Positions 11,813-23,246 of a stretch of 64,000 bases of DNA are shown in pieces. The first letter of the stretch is position 1, and the number at the start of each line of letters is the position of its first letter. The position numbers and the translations under genes are program-made. This DNA is from Phaeosaccion multiseriatum (lineage: Eukaryota > Protista > Ochrophyta, other classes), in NCBI GenBank assembly GCA_965112735.1, contig OZ218954.1:124001-188000 (forward strand), read 5' to 3'. Below the pieces are notes generated by a model. It saw only the letters and a program-made list of their open reading frames with translations, ran no database searches and was not told where the DNA came from.

Positions 11813-14800
11813 ACTCTTCCTCGTACGCCTCCCTTCCACTGCCATCCCCAGCCACACACGCAAACTCTTCCTCGTGTGCCTCCCTTCCACTGCCATCCCC
11901 GGCCACGCACGCACCTGCACGAGCTGTCTCCTCTTGTCATACGCCTCCTTGTACACGGCAAGCTGCGCAGCCTCTCTGCGCAGCTCCGCAGTGAGGTCCT
12001 GCACCGCCATTTCCTGGCTCAGCAGTTGGTTCTTCAGCCCTTGGTTCTCCTGTGCCATGCGCCAGTCGCCAGTTGGAGACAAGACAAGGAGGGAGGGAGA
12101 GGAGATCTTGTCTCAGGGGCGTGTGTCGACAAATGGTGGACGTTTGTCAACCTAAAGTCAAACTAAATTTGAGTTTCACCTGCATGGCCTGCCTGTAGAG
12201 GCTGAGCTGGTCCTGACACTGCCTACGCTCCTCTTGGACGGCCTTAAGCTCCGAGGCGAGGAAGGCACGCTGGCGGCCCAGGCTCTCCTCACGCACCTAA
12301 GGGATGAGATGGCAGTGGATGGCAGGGGATGGGGAGGAAGGGATGGCAGTGGAAGGGGAGACTTTGAAAAGGGGAGAAGAAGGAACGCGTCCCTCTCTCT
12401 CCTCTCTCTCTCTCTCTTACCTCCCCCTCCCCCCCTCCTCTCTCTCCCTCTCTCTCTCCCTTCCCTCCCCTTTACCTCCCCCTCCCCCCCTTCCCCTCCT
12501 CTCTCTCTCCTCTCTCTCTCTCACCTCCACTGCCATGCGTGCCTCGTGCCGCGCCTGAAAGGAAAGAACATCAAATCGAAAGGAGAGTGGGAGAGAGGGA
12601 GGGACACACACACACACAGAGAGAGAGAGATAGAGGGGGGGGGGGGAGAAATCATGAAATCAATGCTGGGAATAGTGTGGTGCCCTCTTCCCGAATGCCT
12701 CCACAGGCCTCACCATACACCTCCACCCACCCACCCACCGTACACCCCCTTTCCATCCCAATCTCATCGTCAAGGCGCTGCTGCTCTCCCGTCCCTTCTC
12801 CCCTCTGCCCTTCGAGACCTTCCACCCCTTCCCACATGTCCGTACGCCATCTGCCTCCGTACCTTATCGATCTGATCGTCGAAGTGCCTGCTGCTTTCCC
12901 TCTCCCTCCTCTTGATCTCGCTTGCCCTGGCATCCAGTGCCATCTGAAAGTCCTTCAGACGGATCTCCTCAAGCGCGACCGTCCGCATCTGCAGCTCCGC
13001 GGTCCGACGGGCATCCTTACGTAATTGGGTGTGACGTCACGTGGGTTTACGTAAGGGTGTTGAGCGTGCGCGCATTTGTGTATAGCGTGGAGGACGATAA
13101 GGAAGAGGAGGTGGGGAGAAGGAGGAGGAGGAGGAGGAGGAGAAGGAGGAGGAGGAGGACGAGAAGAAGAAGAAGAAGAAGAAGAAGAAGAAGAAGAAGA
13201 AGAAGAAGAAGAAGAAGAAGGAGGAGGAGGAGGAGGAGGAGGAGAGAGATGAGCGAGGCAAAGAACGAGACAAAGAGAGGTTAAGAGCAGATCGGGGGGC
13301 TGTGAGTGCCAGTGTGGTGTGTTCTTCGATGCTCTGCTCTGATGCGATACGTAAGATGACGTAAGATGACGATCGGTGCTTTTCTTTGCCCTCATTTAAC
13401 CTCTTTTGGTGTCCGGATTCACAAATAGCGGCCCCGCGTACACACAACACACACAGTGTGTGAATGGAGCACGCAGAGGGGAGGGGAGGAGGAGGAGAGG
13501 AGATGAAAGAACGGCAACAGCACACAGGCTTCGCCAGGACCCGACCATCAATATCATATCAATGTCTGAAAGTCAGCCAGTCAGCCAGCCAACTCAGTCA
13601 GTCGGTCAGCCAACCAGCCAGCCAACCGCCCCCTACCTCCCCACCCTCTTTTACGCCCTCTAACCCACCCACCGCTCCACATGACCTACCCCCTTCCACA
13701 GGGACCGGCCATACAGGGGGAAGGGAGGGGAAGACACAAAAGGGAAGCGAGGAGGAAGGGTACAGGGCCGCACAGCCCACGACGGCATACACCAGTTGGT
13801 GATACAGCCTAGCACAGCACAGCACAGACAGACAGACAGACAGACAGACCAACAGGCCCCAGCCAGCAGCCACTCTGAGCCCCCGTGTGCCATCCACTGC
13901 CATCCAATCCTCGCTCCCTTCCTCCCTCCCTCCCAGCCGCTCTCAGATTAGATCATGTTTTTTGGTAATCCTCGGGAAAGTACCGATAGGGTATCGATAT
14001 TGCATCTCGCATCGATATTGCATCTCACATCGATGTTGCATCTCGCATCGCATCGACATGCTCTCCATCACATCGCACTATCGCCGTCTTCGGCCCCCAC
14101 ACGCCTCCCCCATCCACTGCCATCCCCCCCCCTCGCTCCCTCCCTCCCTCCACTGCCATCCACTGCCATCCATCCTCGCACCTGCTCTCTGGCCCTGCAC
14201 TGCTCCATGTCTTGAAGCATCTTCTGCCTGCCCTCAAACTGCACCGCCTCCACTGCACGCAGCCTGGTGTCAGGACCAGAGGTGTCAGGACCAGAGGTGT
14301 CAGGACAAGAGGTGTCAGGACCAGACGTGTCAGGACCAGAGGTGTCAGGACAAGAGGTGTCAGGACAAGAGGTGTCAGGAGGAGAGGAGAGGAGAGGAGA
14401 AGGAGGGGAGGAGGAGCAAGTCTCAGGTGTCAGGACAAGAGGTGTCAGGACAAGAGGTGTCAGGACAAGAGGTGTCAGGGGAGGAGAAGGAGGGGAGGAG
14501 CAAGTCTGAGGTGTCAGGATGAGAGGAGAGGAGGAGGAGGGGAGGAGGAGGGGAGGAGGAGGGGAGGAGCAAGTCTCAGGTGTCAGGAGGAGAGGAGAGG
14601 AGAAGGAGGGGAGGAGGAGGGGAGGAGCAAGTCTCAGGTGTCAGGGGGAGAGGAGAAGGAGGAGGAGGGGAGGAGGAGGGGAGGAGCAAGTCTCAGGTGT
14701 CAGGATGAGAGGAGAGGAGGAGGAGGGGAGGAGGAGGGGAGGAGCAAGTCTCAGGTGTCAGGAGGAGAGGAGAAGGAGGAGGAGGGGAGGAGGAGGGGAG

Positions 14801-17220
14801 GAGCAAGTCTCAGGTGTCAGGACAAGAGGTGTCAGGACAAGAGGTGTCACGCAGCCGTGTCTCCCTGCCTCCCTCGCCCCCCCTCCCTCCCTCCCATTCC
14901 CCCTCTCTCGCTCCTTCCTCTCTCCCTCCGCCTCTCACTCCCCCCCCCCCTCCCTCGTCCTCCTCTCTCTCTCCCTCCCTCCCTCCCTCCCTCCCACCCA
15001 CTCTCTAACCTCTCTGTGTATGTCCTGGCCATTTCCTCCTCCCTCTCTCTGAGCTTCTCCGCTCGCAGCGCCATCTCCGCAGTGCATTCCTTCCTCTGCA
15101 CGTCAAGCTCTCGGCGGTACTCTCGCGCCTGTAAGTTAGGGGCAATGGGGGATGAAACGTCTGTACGTTAGGGGCAAAGGGGGATGAAACGTCTGTGCGC
15201 GCTCCTGACATCGACTTTATTGATGATGATAATGAGACAGAGACCACTACGAAACTTAAAACTGCAAGTGACTGCCCTGCTTGAGCTAAAACTGCAACTG
15301 ACTGACCTGCTTGAGCTCCAACGCCTTGAGCTCGCTCTCCTTGAAGCGATTCACCTCTAACAGGGCAGAGGCGTTGGCCTTCTTCTCGCACTCTCGCTTC
15401 AGAGAGAGATGGCAGTGGAAGGGTGCGTTGGGTTGGGTGGGTTGCTTGAATCGGCTGGTTGGTCGCTTACACACACAAAGCCGACTATAACTCAGACACC
15501 CCCGTCCACCCAACTAAAAACTGAAACTCACACCCCTCACCCCCTCACCTGGAAGCTTAGCATTCGCTCCTCCACCCCCCTGTCGGGCCTCTTCCTCTCG
15601 TCCTCCAGTAACGTTCTCCACTTCTCACGAACGTTCTCCAGTCGCAGCTCCAGCGCCTCTCTGTGGTGGGGGCCAGATCCATTCCCATATGCCTCTGTCT
15701 GCGTCGTGGCCGTTACAGAATGCCCCCCTCCGTCGGGGGTGGTTTGGTGGGCCATCTCTTCCGCCAGGGCACCGAGCACGGACACCTCACGGCCCACTCC
15801 CCCTCCAGTCCCGATGCTCTCATCGGTCTTCCTCTTGCTCCTCCCCTCCTTCCCCTCCTTCCCATCATTCTCACCATCGTCACACGCCACTGAAGAAGAT
15901 GGAGTTTGAGTTCCAGTTCCAGGCCCGGCCACAGGCTCCGTCAGCCTCTGCAGCACTCTCCTGAAACTCAAACTCTCTCTGCCGATGCGCAGCCCCTCCA
16001 GCACCTCTGCCGGGTCGCTCACCACCACCGCCCCACCCCGACTCGGAGCCCCAACCCCGGCCCGTCCCCCCCTGGAGCCCGAGCCCCGCCCGGGTCCTCC
16101 GAGGCCGCTTTCTGGCAGGAATACGCTCAGAGTCTCCACCAGCCCATATGCCTTCAGATAGTCCACAACGACGCTGTGCAGCAGCCGCTGCCGTAGTGAG
16201 AGGGTGACGAATGGGGATGAGGTGGAGGAGGGGGGGGCTGCCCCTGACCCATGCAATCCTCCTCCTGCTGCTCCTGCTGCTGCTGCAGCGGTGTTGTTGT
16301 TGTGCTGTTGGAGGCTCTGCACGAATTGGCGCCTCAAGCGTGCCGTGATGTCGTCCAGAACGCCTGGTAGGTAGGCAAGTTGTCCAGCAGTTAGCGGTCA
16401 AGCAGTTAGCTGTCAAGCAGTAGTAATCTTTGTTTAGAGGGTGAAGGATGAGGTGTGGACGGGGTAAGTCCAGGCGTGGGCGGGAGAGTTTCAGTTTCAG
16501 TTTGGGTACGGGAAGGGTGTGCGTGGCGAGGAAGCGAAGGAAGACAGAGGAAAGGAGTGTGACTGACTATGAGTGAGCAGAGGAGGGGGACACCAAAACA
16601 GAGGAGAGGAGTGGAGGTACACATTGTGCCTCCCTCTCTCAGTCACATTCCGCAGTCACTCGCTCTGTTCCTCAGTCACTCCCTCATACAGTCAGTCACT
16701 CGCTCTGTTCCTCAGTCACTCCCTCATACAGTCAGTCACTCGCTCTGTTCCTCAGTCACTCCCTCATACAGTCAGTCACTCGCTCTGTTCCTCAGTCACT
16801 CCCTCATACAGTCAGTCACTGCCTCTCTCCCGCGCTCGCTCCCCCACCACTCTCTGTCTTCCTCACTCCTCTCTCTCTCTCTCTCTCTCTCTCGCTCTCT
16901 CTCTCTCTCTGTCGCTCGCCCCCCCTCCCCTCCCGCCCTCACCCGTTCTTCTGAAGCTGTCATGCAGACTCACCCGTTCTTCTGAAACTGTCATGCAGAC
17001 TCTCCTTGAGTTCCTGCAGAGAGAGCTCTGTCGGGCCCTCTTCCTCCTGCGCCTGTTCCATAGACTGCCATCGCCGCTGCTCCTGCTGCTCCTGCTGCTG
17101 CTGCCGCCCCTCCTTGTGCTCCTTACGTGAGGGTACGTACGGTCCTATGTACGGTCCTGGTGCGTTGGCGGAAATGGCGGCAACGCTCGCGGCCACCTGC
17201 GGGTCAGAGTCCCGAGTCAT
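8658..17220 (-). CDS. OFD1: OFD1-like centriolar LisH/coiled-coil protein, 12 exons, with a long low-complexity C-terminal exon
   Basis: N-terminal ELKESLHDSFRRTG|VLDDITARLRRQFVQSL and LisH motif HSVVVDYLKAYGLVETLSVFLPESGL, followed by coiled coil EERMLSFQ|RECEKKA. Exons include 17220-16974, 16363-15549, 15396-15307, a 30-nt exon at 12554-12525 and a terminal exon at about 10934-8658. Confidence 0.75.
14266..14850. repeat. Intronic tandem array built on GGTGTCAGGAC (15-bp unit plus longer purine-rich units)
   Basis: Repeated ggtgtcaggac(a/c)aga and ggagcaagtctcaggtgtcagg units inside an OFD1 intron. Confidence 0.9.
16633..16820. repeat. 40-bp intronic minisatellite, about 4 copies
   Basis: cagtcactcgctctgttcctcagtcactccctcatacagt repeated in tandem. 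Confidence 0.9.
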
Positions 17221-17619
17221 CCTTCGCCTTGCAATAGACTGCCTTCGCCTTGCAATAGATGGCCTGTCTTCCCCCTCCCGCTGCCTCTTTTGAAGCTGCC
17301 TCCACCCCCCTGTTGGTGCTCTTTAGGCTGCCCTCCCCCTCCTCCTGTTGGCTCTCTGAGACGGCGCCGCTGCTGATGCTTCCCTCTTTGCTACATCGCC
17401 ACTGCTGACGCGTTTGAGGTGTTGTGCTGCTGCCACCCTTTCTTCCACAGACAGCAAAGAGGGAGAAGTGGAGAGAAGGAGCAAGGAGAGGGTAAACAAA
17501 CACCAATGTCAACTCCCCTTCAATCGGTATCATATCTACCCGCAAGAGATGGAGAGAGAGAGGGAGTGTGCGTATGAGTGAGAGAGAGAGTGTGTGTGTA
17601 TGTGTGTGTGTGTGAGAGA

Positions 17620-17667
<48 letters not shown>

Positions 17668-18919
17668 TGGAGATCGAGGTCGAGGTCGAGACAGAGAACT
17701 CACTCAAGCGCTATCCACCGCATCCCCATCTCTTACCACCCCCCTGTACTTTGAATTCCCTTCATCAGGGTCGGTCCGCTTTATCCTCTCTCTCTCCCCC
17801 CCCCCCCTGACCCTCTCCTTACCTTCACCTACGACGGCATCTTCCGTGTGGAACGTCCGTCCGTCCGTGTATAGCTGCTTTCAGGGCGGCGACAGTGGGA
17901 GTAGGGGTGAAGCAAGCAAAAGAGTAAAGGGGCTGATTGAATCTGCAGACGGAAGCCCTCCTCGTACCTTTCAATCAAAGACGCAGTTTGGCGGTTGGGT
18001 GTGTCTTCCCCACTGCACCCACCACTCTCAGCCCTGCCGGCGGCAGAATCAGCAGCAGAAGCAGCAGCAGCAGGAGCACAAGAAGAAGGAGAAGAAGGAG
18101 AAGAAGGCCCCGGTGCAGTGGCAGCAAGCAGCAGCAGTAGCAGCAGCAGCGGTCCGAAGGCGAGGTGTGTGACCTTTCTACGTAAAGAAATCCTCTACTA
18201 AGGATTTGTACTCCAAAATATCGCAACGTTCCCCAAACAAGAGCGCGGCATTGAGAGAAAGAAGGCGTAAGCTAGCAGCAGCAGGAGAAGCAGGAGAAGA
18301 AGAAACAGGAACAGCAGTAGCGGCAGCAGCAGCGCAGCAGCAACAGCCGCAGCAGCGCAGCAGCAGCAACAGCAGCAGCAGCACCAGCAGCGGCAGCACC
18401 AGCAGCAGCACCAGCCAGATCGCAGAGCCAGGTGCAAGACGCCAGCATTTGGCATGAAGAAGGTACTGCAGTGCTTGCTTTGCCAGCTCGACTAGGGGAC
18501 ATGCAGGGGAAGTGAGAGGGGGGTCCTTCTCCGTCCTGTGGGGTTTACTGGAGGAGAGAAGGAGAAGGAGCTTAAGAAAAGCGGCTGAGGAGGGGGGGAG
18601 GAAGAGCAGAACGGGAGGAGGAGGGCAGACAAGGACGAGGACCACGAGGAGAAGAGGAGGAGGGAAGGAGCAAACCTGCATCTCCCTTTGTGTGCCACTT
18701 ACAGCCGGCATCGGGCGAAGGGAGGCGGAGTGCGATCAGCAGGTGGTGATACAGCAGCAGTAGTTGGGTGGAAGGGGGCGGCAAAGAAGGGAAGACTGAC
18801 CGAAACTCTCCAGAGGATCCGAAGGAGGGAGTAGCACTCCACCACCGCACACTCTACCACTCGACCAACCCTCTCACGCGCCCACTCCACTCCGCCGCTC
18901 TCAAGTGCATTCACTCCCA

Positions 18920-21900
18920 ATGCCGTACTTCTCGCACTCCAACGCGGAATGGGAGCTTGCCATCTTTGTGGTTCTTGCCGTGGTGGCAGGAGAGTACGTC
19001 ATCCCCGCCATGACATACGCACGGCAATTCAGAGAGACCTTCGGGTACGTTACTTGTCGTTAGATCGCTACATCATCATCTTTAGATATAGGGGGGCGAG
19101 TGACAGCCACTGTATTTTCATTCATGTATATATATATATATATGTGTGTGTGTGTATCGCCCCATCACGAGACCACCGACTGAACCCTTGCTCGCTCAGC
19201 CAACCGATATTGCACTCGCTCCTACAGATACCGCATGCACCTGCTCCGTCCTGCCTCTGTACTGCCCTCTCTCATGCCCGAAACTGCACGCCCCCCGAAA
19301 CTGCACGCCCCCGAAACCGCACGCCCCCGCCCCGCAGGTACCGCATGTACCTGCTGCCCCTGCTGAGCCTGGTGCTGTTCTACGTGTGTGTTATCCTCGC
19401 TCTCGGTGATCACTTGGAGAACGGCAGCACCGCAGTCAGAATAGCCAGGGCGTCTTTCGGTGGGTTACAGGATGTGTTGTTGCTGCTTAGTCTGGTGTGT
19501 ATGTGTGTGTGTGTGCGCGTGTGTGTGTGTGTGTGCGTGTGTGTGTGTGTGTGTGTGTCGGAGAAGAGTGGAGTGGTCCTCATTTCCTCCATATGCCTTA
19601 ACCTATCCCCTATCCATTGCCACCCACCCCGCTTCCTCATCCACTGCCATCCCTCCTTCCGTCCATCCATCTACTGTAAATCCCATCCCTCCATCCGTCC
19701 GTCCATCCATCCACTGCCATCCGTCCGTCCGTCCATCCATCCACTGCCATCCCTCCCAGCCACTGTGGTGCCCTCCTTCCTCGTGGTGATCTTTGAAGTG
19801 GCCTACGCCGTGCACAAGCGCCGAAGTGTGCGCTTCTGCTGCATAGACTTCGATCAGGTATACATTATTCTCTCTCTGTCTCTGTCTCTTCTGCTGCATA
19901 GACCTCGATCAGGTATACATTATTCTCTCTCTGTCTCTGTCTCTTCTGCTGCATAGACTTCGATCAGGTATACATTATTCTCTCTTTGTCTCTGTCTCTT
20001 CTGCTGCATAGACTTCGATCAGGTATACATTATTCTCTCTTTTGTCTCTGTCTCTTCTGCTGCATAGACTTCGATCAGGTATACATTATTCTCTCTTTGT
20101 CTCTGCCTCTTGTGCTGCATAGACTTCGATCAGGTATACATTATTCTCTCTTTGTCTCTGCCTCTTGTGCTGCATAGACTTCGATCAGGTATACATTATT
20201 CTCTCTTTGTCTCTGCCTCTTGTGTGTCTCTCTTGTGTGTGCGTCTCTCTCACTCCTTGTCTCTGTCTCTTGTGTGTGTGTGTGTGTGTGTTTCTCTCTC
20301 TCTCTCTGGTCTCTCCCCTTACACCCCCGCCCTGCTAACAATGCCCACCCACCCACCCATCCACCCACCTACCCATCCACCCACCCATCCACCCACCTAC
20401 CCATCCACCCACACACACTACGCTCCCCCCCCCACCCTCCTGTGTATCACCATCATTGCATCACAAATGCACACTATGTATCACCAACGGCCTGACTGAC
20501 TCACTCCTAGGGGCACCGCATCCGCGTAAACGACGTGCGGTCCTGGATTTGGAGGAACTTCGTGCGTATGGTGGCCATCGGGCTGCTCATTTTAGGGGTA
20601 AGTCATTGAATTGGTCCCTTTGTAGGGGTGTAAGTCATTGAATTGATCGATCCCTTTGTTAGGGGTAAGTCGTTGATTGTATTGGGATCCCTTTGTTAGG
20701 GGCAATTGATGGTGGTTGCTCTCCAAGGGCTACGTGAGTCCATACGTGAGGGATAAGAAAAGTGATGGTGGATGAAAGAGGAAGAAGGCAGTGGATGGCA
20801 GAGGAAGGCAGTGGATGACTGGAATTTGAACCTTCCCCGCACCCACCCCTCTTCCCTCTCTGCCCCTCCCTCCACTCCTTCCCTCCCTCCCCCTACCCCC
20901 CCACCCCCCCTATTCTTGCTGTATCACCAACACGCACAGGTCCTCGTCAACTTCCGTGGCATCGTGTTCAATGATGAAGACGCAGGTCAGTCACTCCATT
21001 TTTTGTCCGTACTCACTCACTCACTCACTTGCTAAGTCACACACTCACTCACTCACTCACTCACTCACTCACTCACTCACTTGCTAACTCACTCGCTCAC
21101 TCACTCACTTACTCACTGACTTCTTCCCTGCCTCTTTCCCTCCTTCTTTCCCTCCCTCACTCCCTCCCATTCTCCCTCTGTATCACCAACGCCCCCAGGC
21201 CGCGGTGGCTACATCTCCCTTCACGAGGAGACGCTGCATTTCGTGCTGTTCCTGCTGCCCGCCTCAGTGATGGGGCTCGTGTCGTTACTTGTTTCTGTAT
21301 CAATGTGGCGTTACGGAAATAACGCCTCCATTGTCGTGCATTCGACGGTATGTGTGTACTCGTGTAGTGTGTGGTGTGTGTGGGTTCTTTGGATTGATTG
21401 ATTGATTGATTACTCTGTGTAGTGTGTGGTGTGTGTGAGCTCTTTGGATTGATTGATTACTCTATCATCGATCGATCACCTCACTCACTGACTCACTCAC
21501 TGCCTCACTCCCTCCCTCACTCACTCACTCACTCACTCACTCACTGCCTCACTCCCTCCCTCACCCACTCACTCACTGCCTCAATCTCTCACTCCCTCAC
21601 TCACTCACTCACTCACTCACTCACTGACTCACTCACTGCCTCACTCCCTCCCTCACTCACTCACTCACTGCCCCACTCCCTCCCTCACTCACTCACTCAC
21701 TGCCTCAATCTCTCTCTCACTCACTCACTCACTCACTCACTCACTGCCTCACTCACGCACTCACTCACTCCCTCCCTCACTCACTCACCCACTGCCTCAC
21801 TCTCTCACTCACACACTCCCTCACTCACTCACTCCCTCACTCATGTCATGGATGATGGATGACTCCCTCCCTCCTCAGGTGTGCAATCGCTGGATCGCTC

Positions 21901-22280
21901 TCTTCATTGGCACGGTGTGTCTCTTCATCGGCTACTCGCCCCCGCTGGTACGTTGCGTTTCACTATTACTATCATACCGTAACGATGGGGAAGGGGTTGC
22001 CCCACATCTTCATCTGCTCTCTGACGTTGCTCTCTCTCTCTCTCCCTCATCTTTTCTGTTTCTCGGTATCTTCCTCTCCCTCTGTGTTTCTCTCTGCCGA
22101 TCTCCCTGCCTTTCTCTCTCTTTCTCTCTCTGGTGGCTCCTTGTCTTTCTCCCATTTGTTCTCTGCTTCTCTCTTGTATCTCACGTGTCGGACCTCTCTC
22201 TCTCCTTCCCACAACACCTCAATCACACAACACACACACACACACACACACACACTCACTCACACACACACACACACACA

Positions 22281-22323
<43 letters not shown>

Positions 22324-23246
22324 TCACACACACACACGCAGTCATGCTCTTGCTTCCGGGTCACCTCAGCGGCTGGCCAGGTAAGACTACGTTGCCGTTA
22401 CGTTTCCGTTAAGCTTTGGTGACGTGAGCTCAATATCGACCTCTTTATCGTTCGTCGATGTCAACATCAATGCCCTCAATGTCGATGCCTGGTGTCAGGT
22501 GATCCTCCTGGTGAGCGTCGTGGCGGTCTTTACGGAGATCAATAAGGAGACGAGAGCAGCCTCGAGGTGGGTGGGGGGATGGCAGTGGATAGGCATTGGA
22601 TGGCAGTGGACGGGGGCCGACAACAATGCCAGACAATAGCTCCGATTATGCAAGCTAATGCTCCGGTGTGCCATCCCCACCTCCTCCCCGTCCACTGCCA
22701 TCCCCACCTCCTCCCCATCCACTGTCATGTCCATCTTCAACCCCATCCATTGCCATCCACTACCGTCCCCACCCCCTCCCCATCCACTGCCATCCCCATT
22801 CCCATCCACTGCCATCCACATCTTCATCCCCATCCATTGGCATCCCCGACCAACCCCATCCGCTGCCACCCCTCATCCACTGCCATCCCCATTCCCATCC
22901 ACTGCCATCCATCCCTTTTCCAATCAACACAAGGTTCGAGGATTTCCTGACGGAGGAGAACGAGGCGGACCGGATAAAGGATGACATCCTCTTCCAGCAG
23001 GCCAGCGACCTCATTGAGCAACAGAGGGCGACGACAGCGGCCGGTGGAGCACCATCTGGTGTACCACCGGCTCCCATGTCTTTGAGCTTGATGACCGGAG
23101 GGCAGCAGCTGAGGTCCACTTCAGCGGCTGCGGTGTTGGGCGGACAGCAACAGATGGCGACGCCAGCGGACACGGGCGGCTTAGGGGTTGGAGATATGGA
23201 GACAGGAGGGGCAGTTGGTGCTACAGCAGCAGCAGGAGCGGTTTGA
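18920..23246 (+). CDS. Orphan seven-transmembrane (GPCR-like topology) protein, 10 exons
   Basis: In-frame exons start at about 18920, 19338, 19760, 20511, 20940, 21199, 21879, 22341, 22499 and 22934. Seven hydrophobic segments: LAIFVVLAVVA, YLLPLLSLVLFYVCVILAL, TVVPSFLVVIFEVAYAV, MVAIGLLILGVLVNF, FVLFLLPASVMGLVSLLVSV, WIALFIGTVCLFIGY, VILLVSVVAVF. Confidence 0.75.
19833..20220 (+). repeat. About 55-bp tandem repeat (7 copies) spanning an exon end and 5' splice site
   Basis: Unit cttctgctgcatagacttcgatcag|gtatacattattctctct(c/t)tgtctctg(t/c)ct; the first copy contains the inferred donor at 19858. Confidence 0.9.

Noticed and set aside
17300-18900. Poly-A/Q/S ORFs between the OFD1 and 7TM start codons
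   Set aside because: (CAG)n-rich promoter/UTR-like sequence with no domain and no convincing start or splice structure.
19833-20220. CRISPR-like appearance of regular repeats (also 14266-14850 and 16633-16820)
   Set aside because: There are no unique spacers and no cas genes, and the context is eukaryotic introns; these are tandem repeats.
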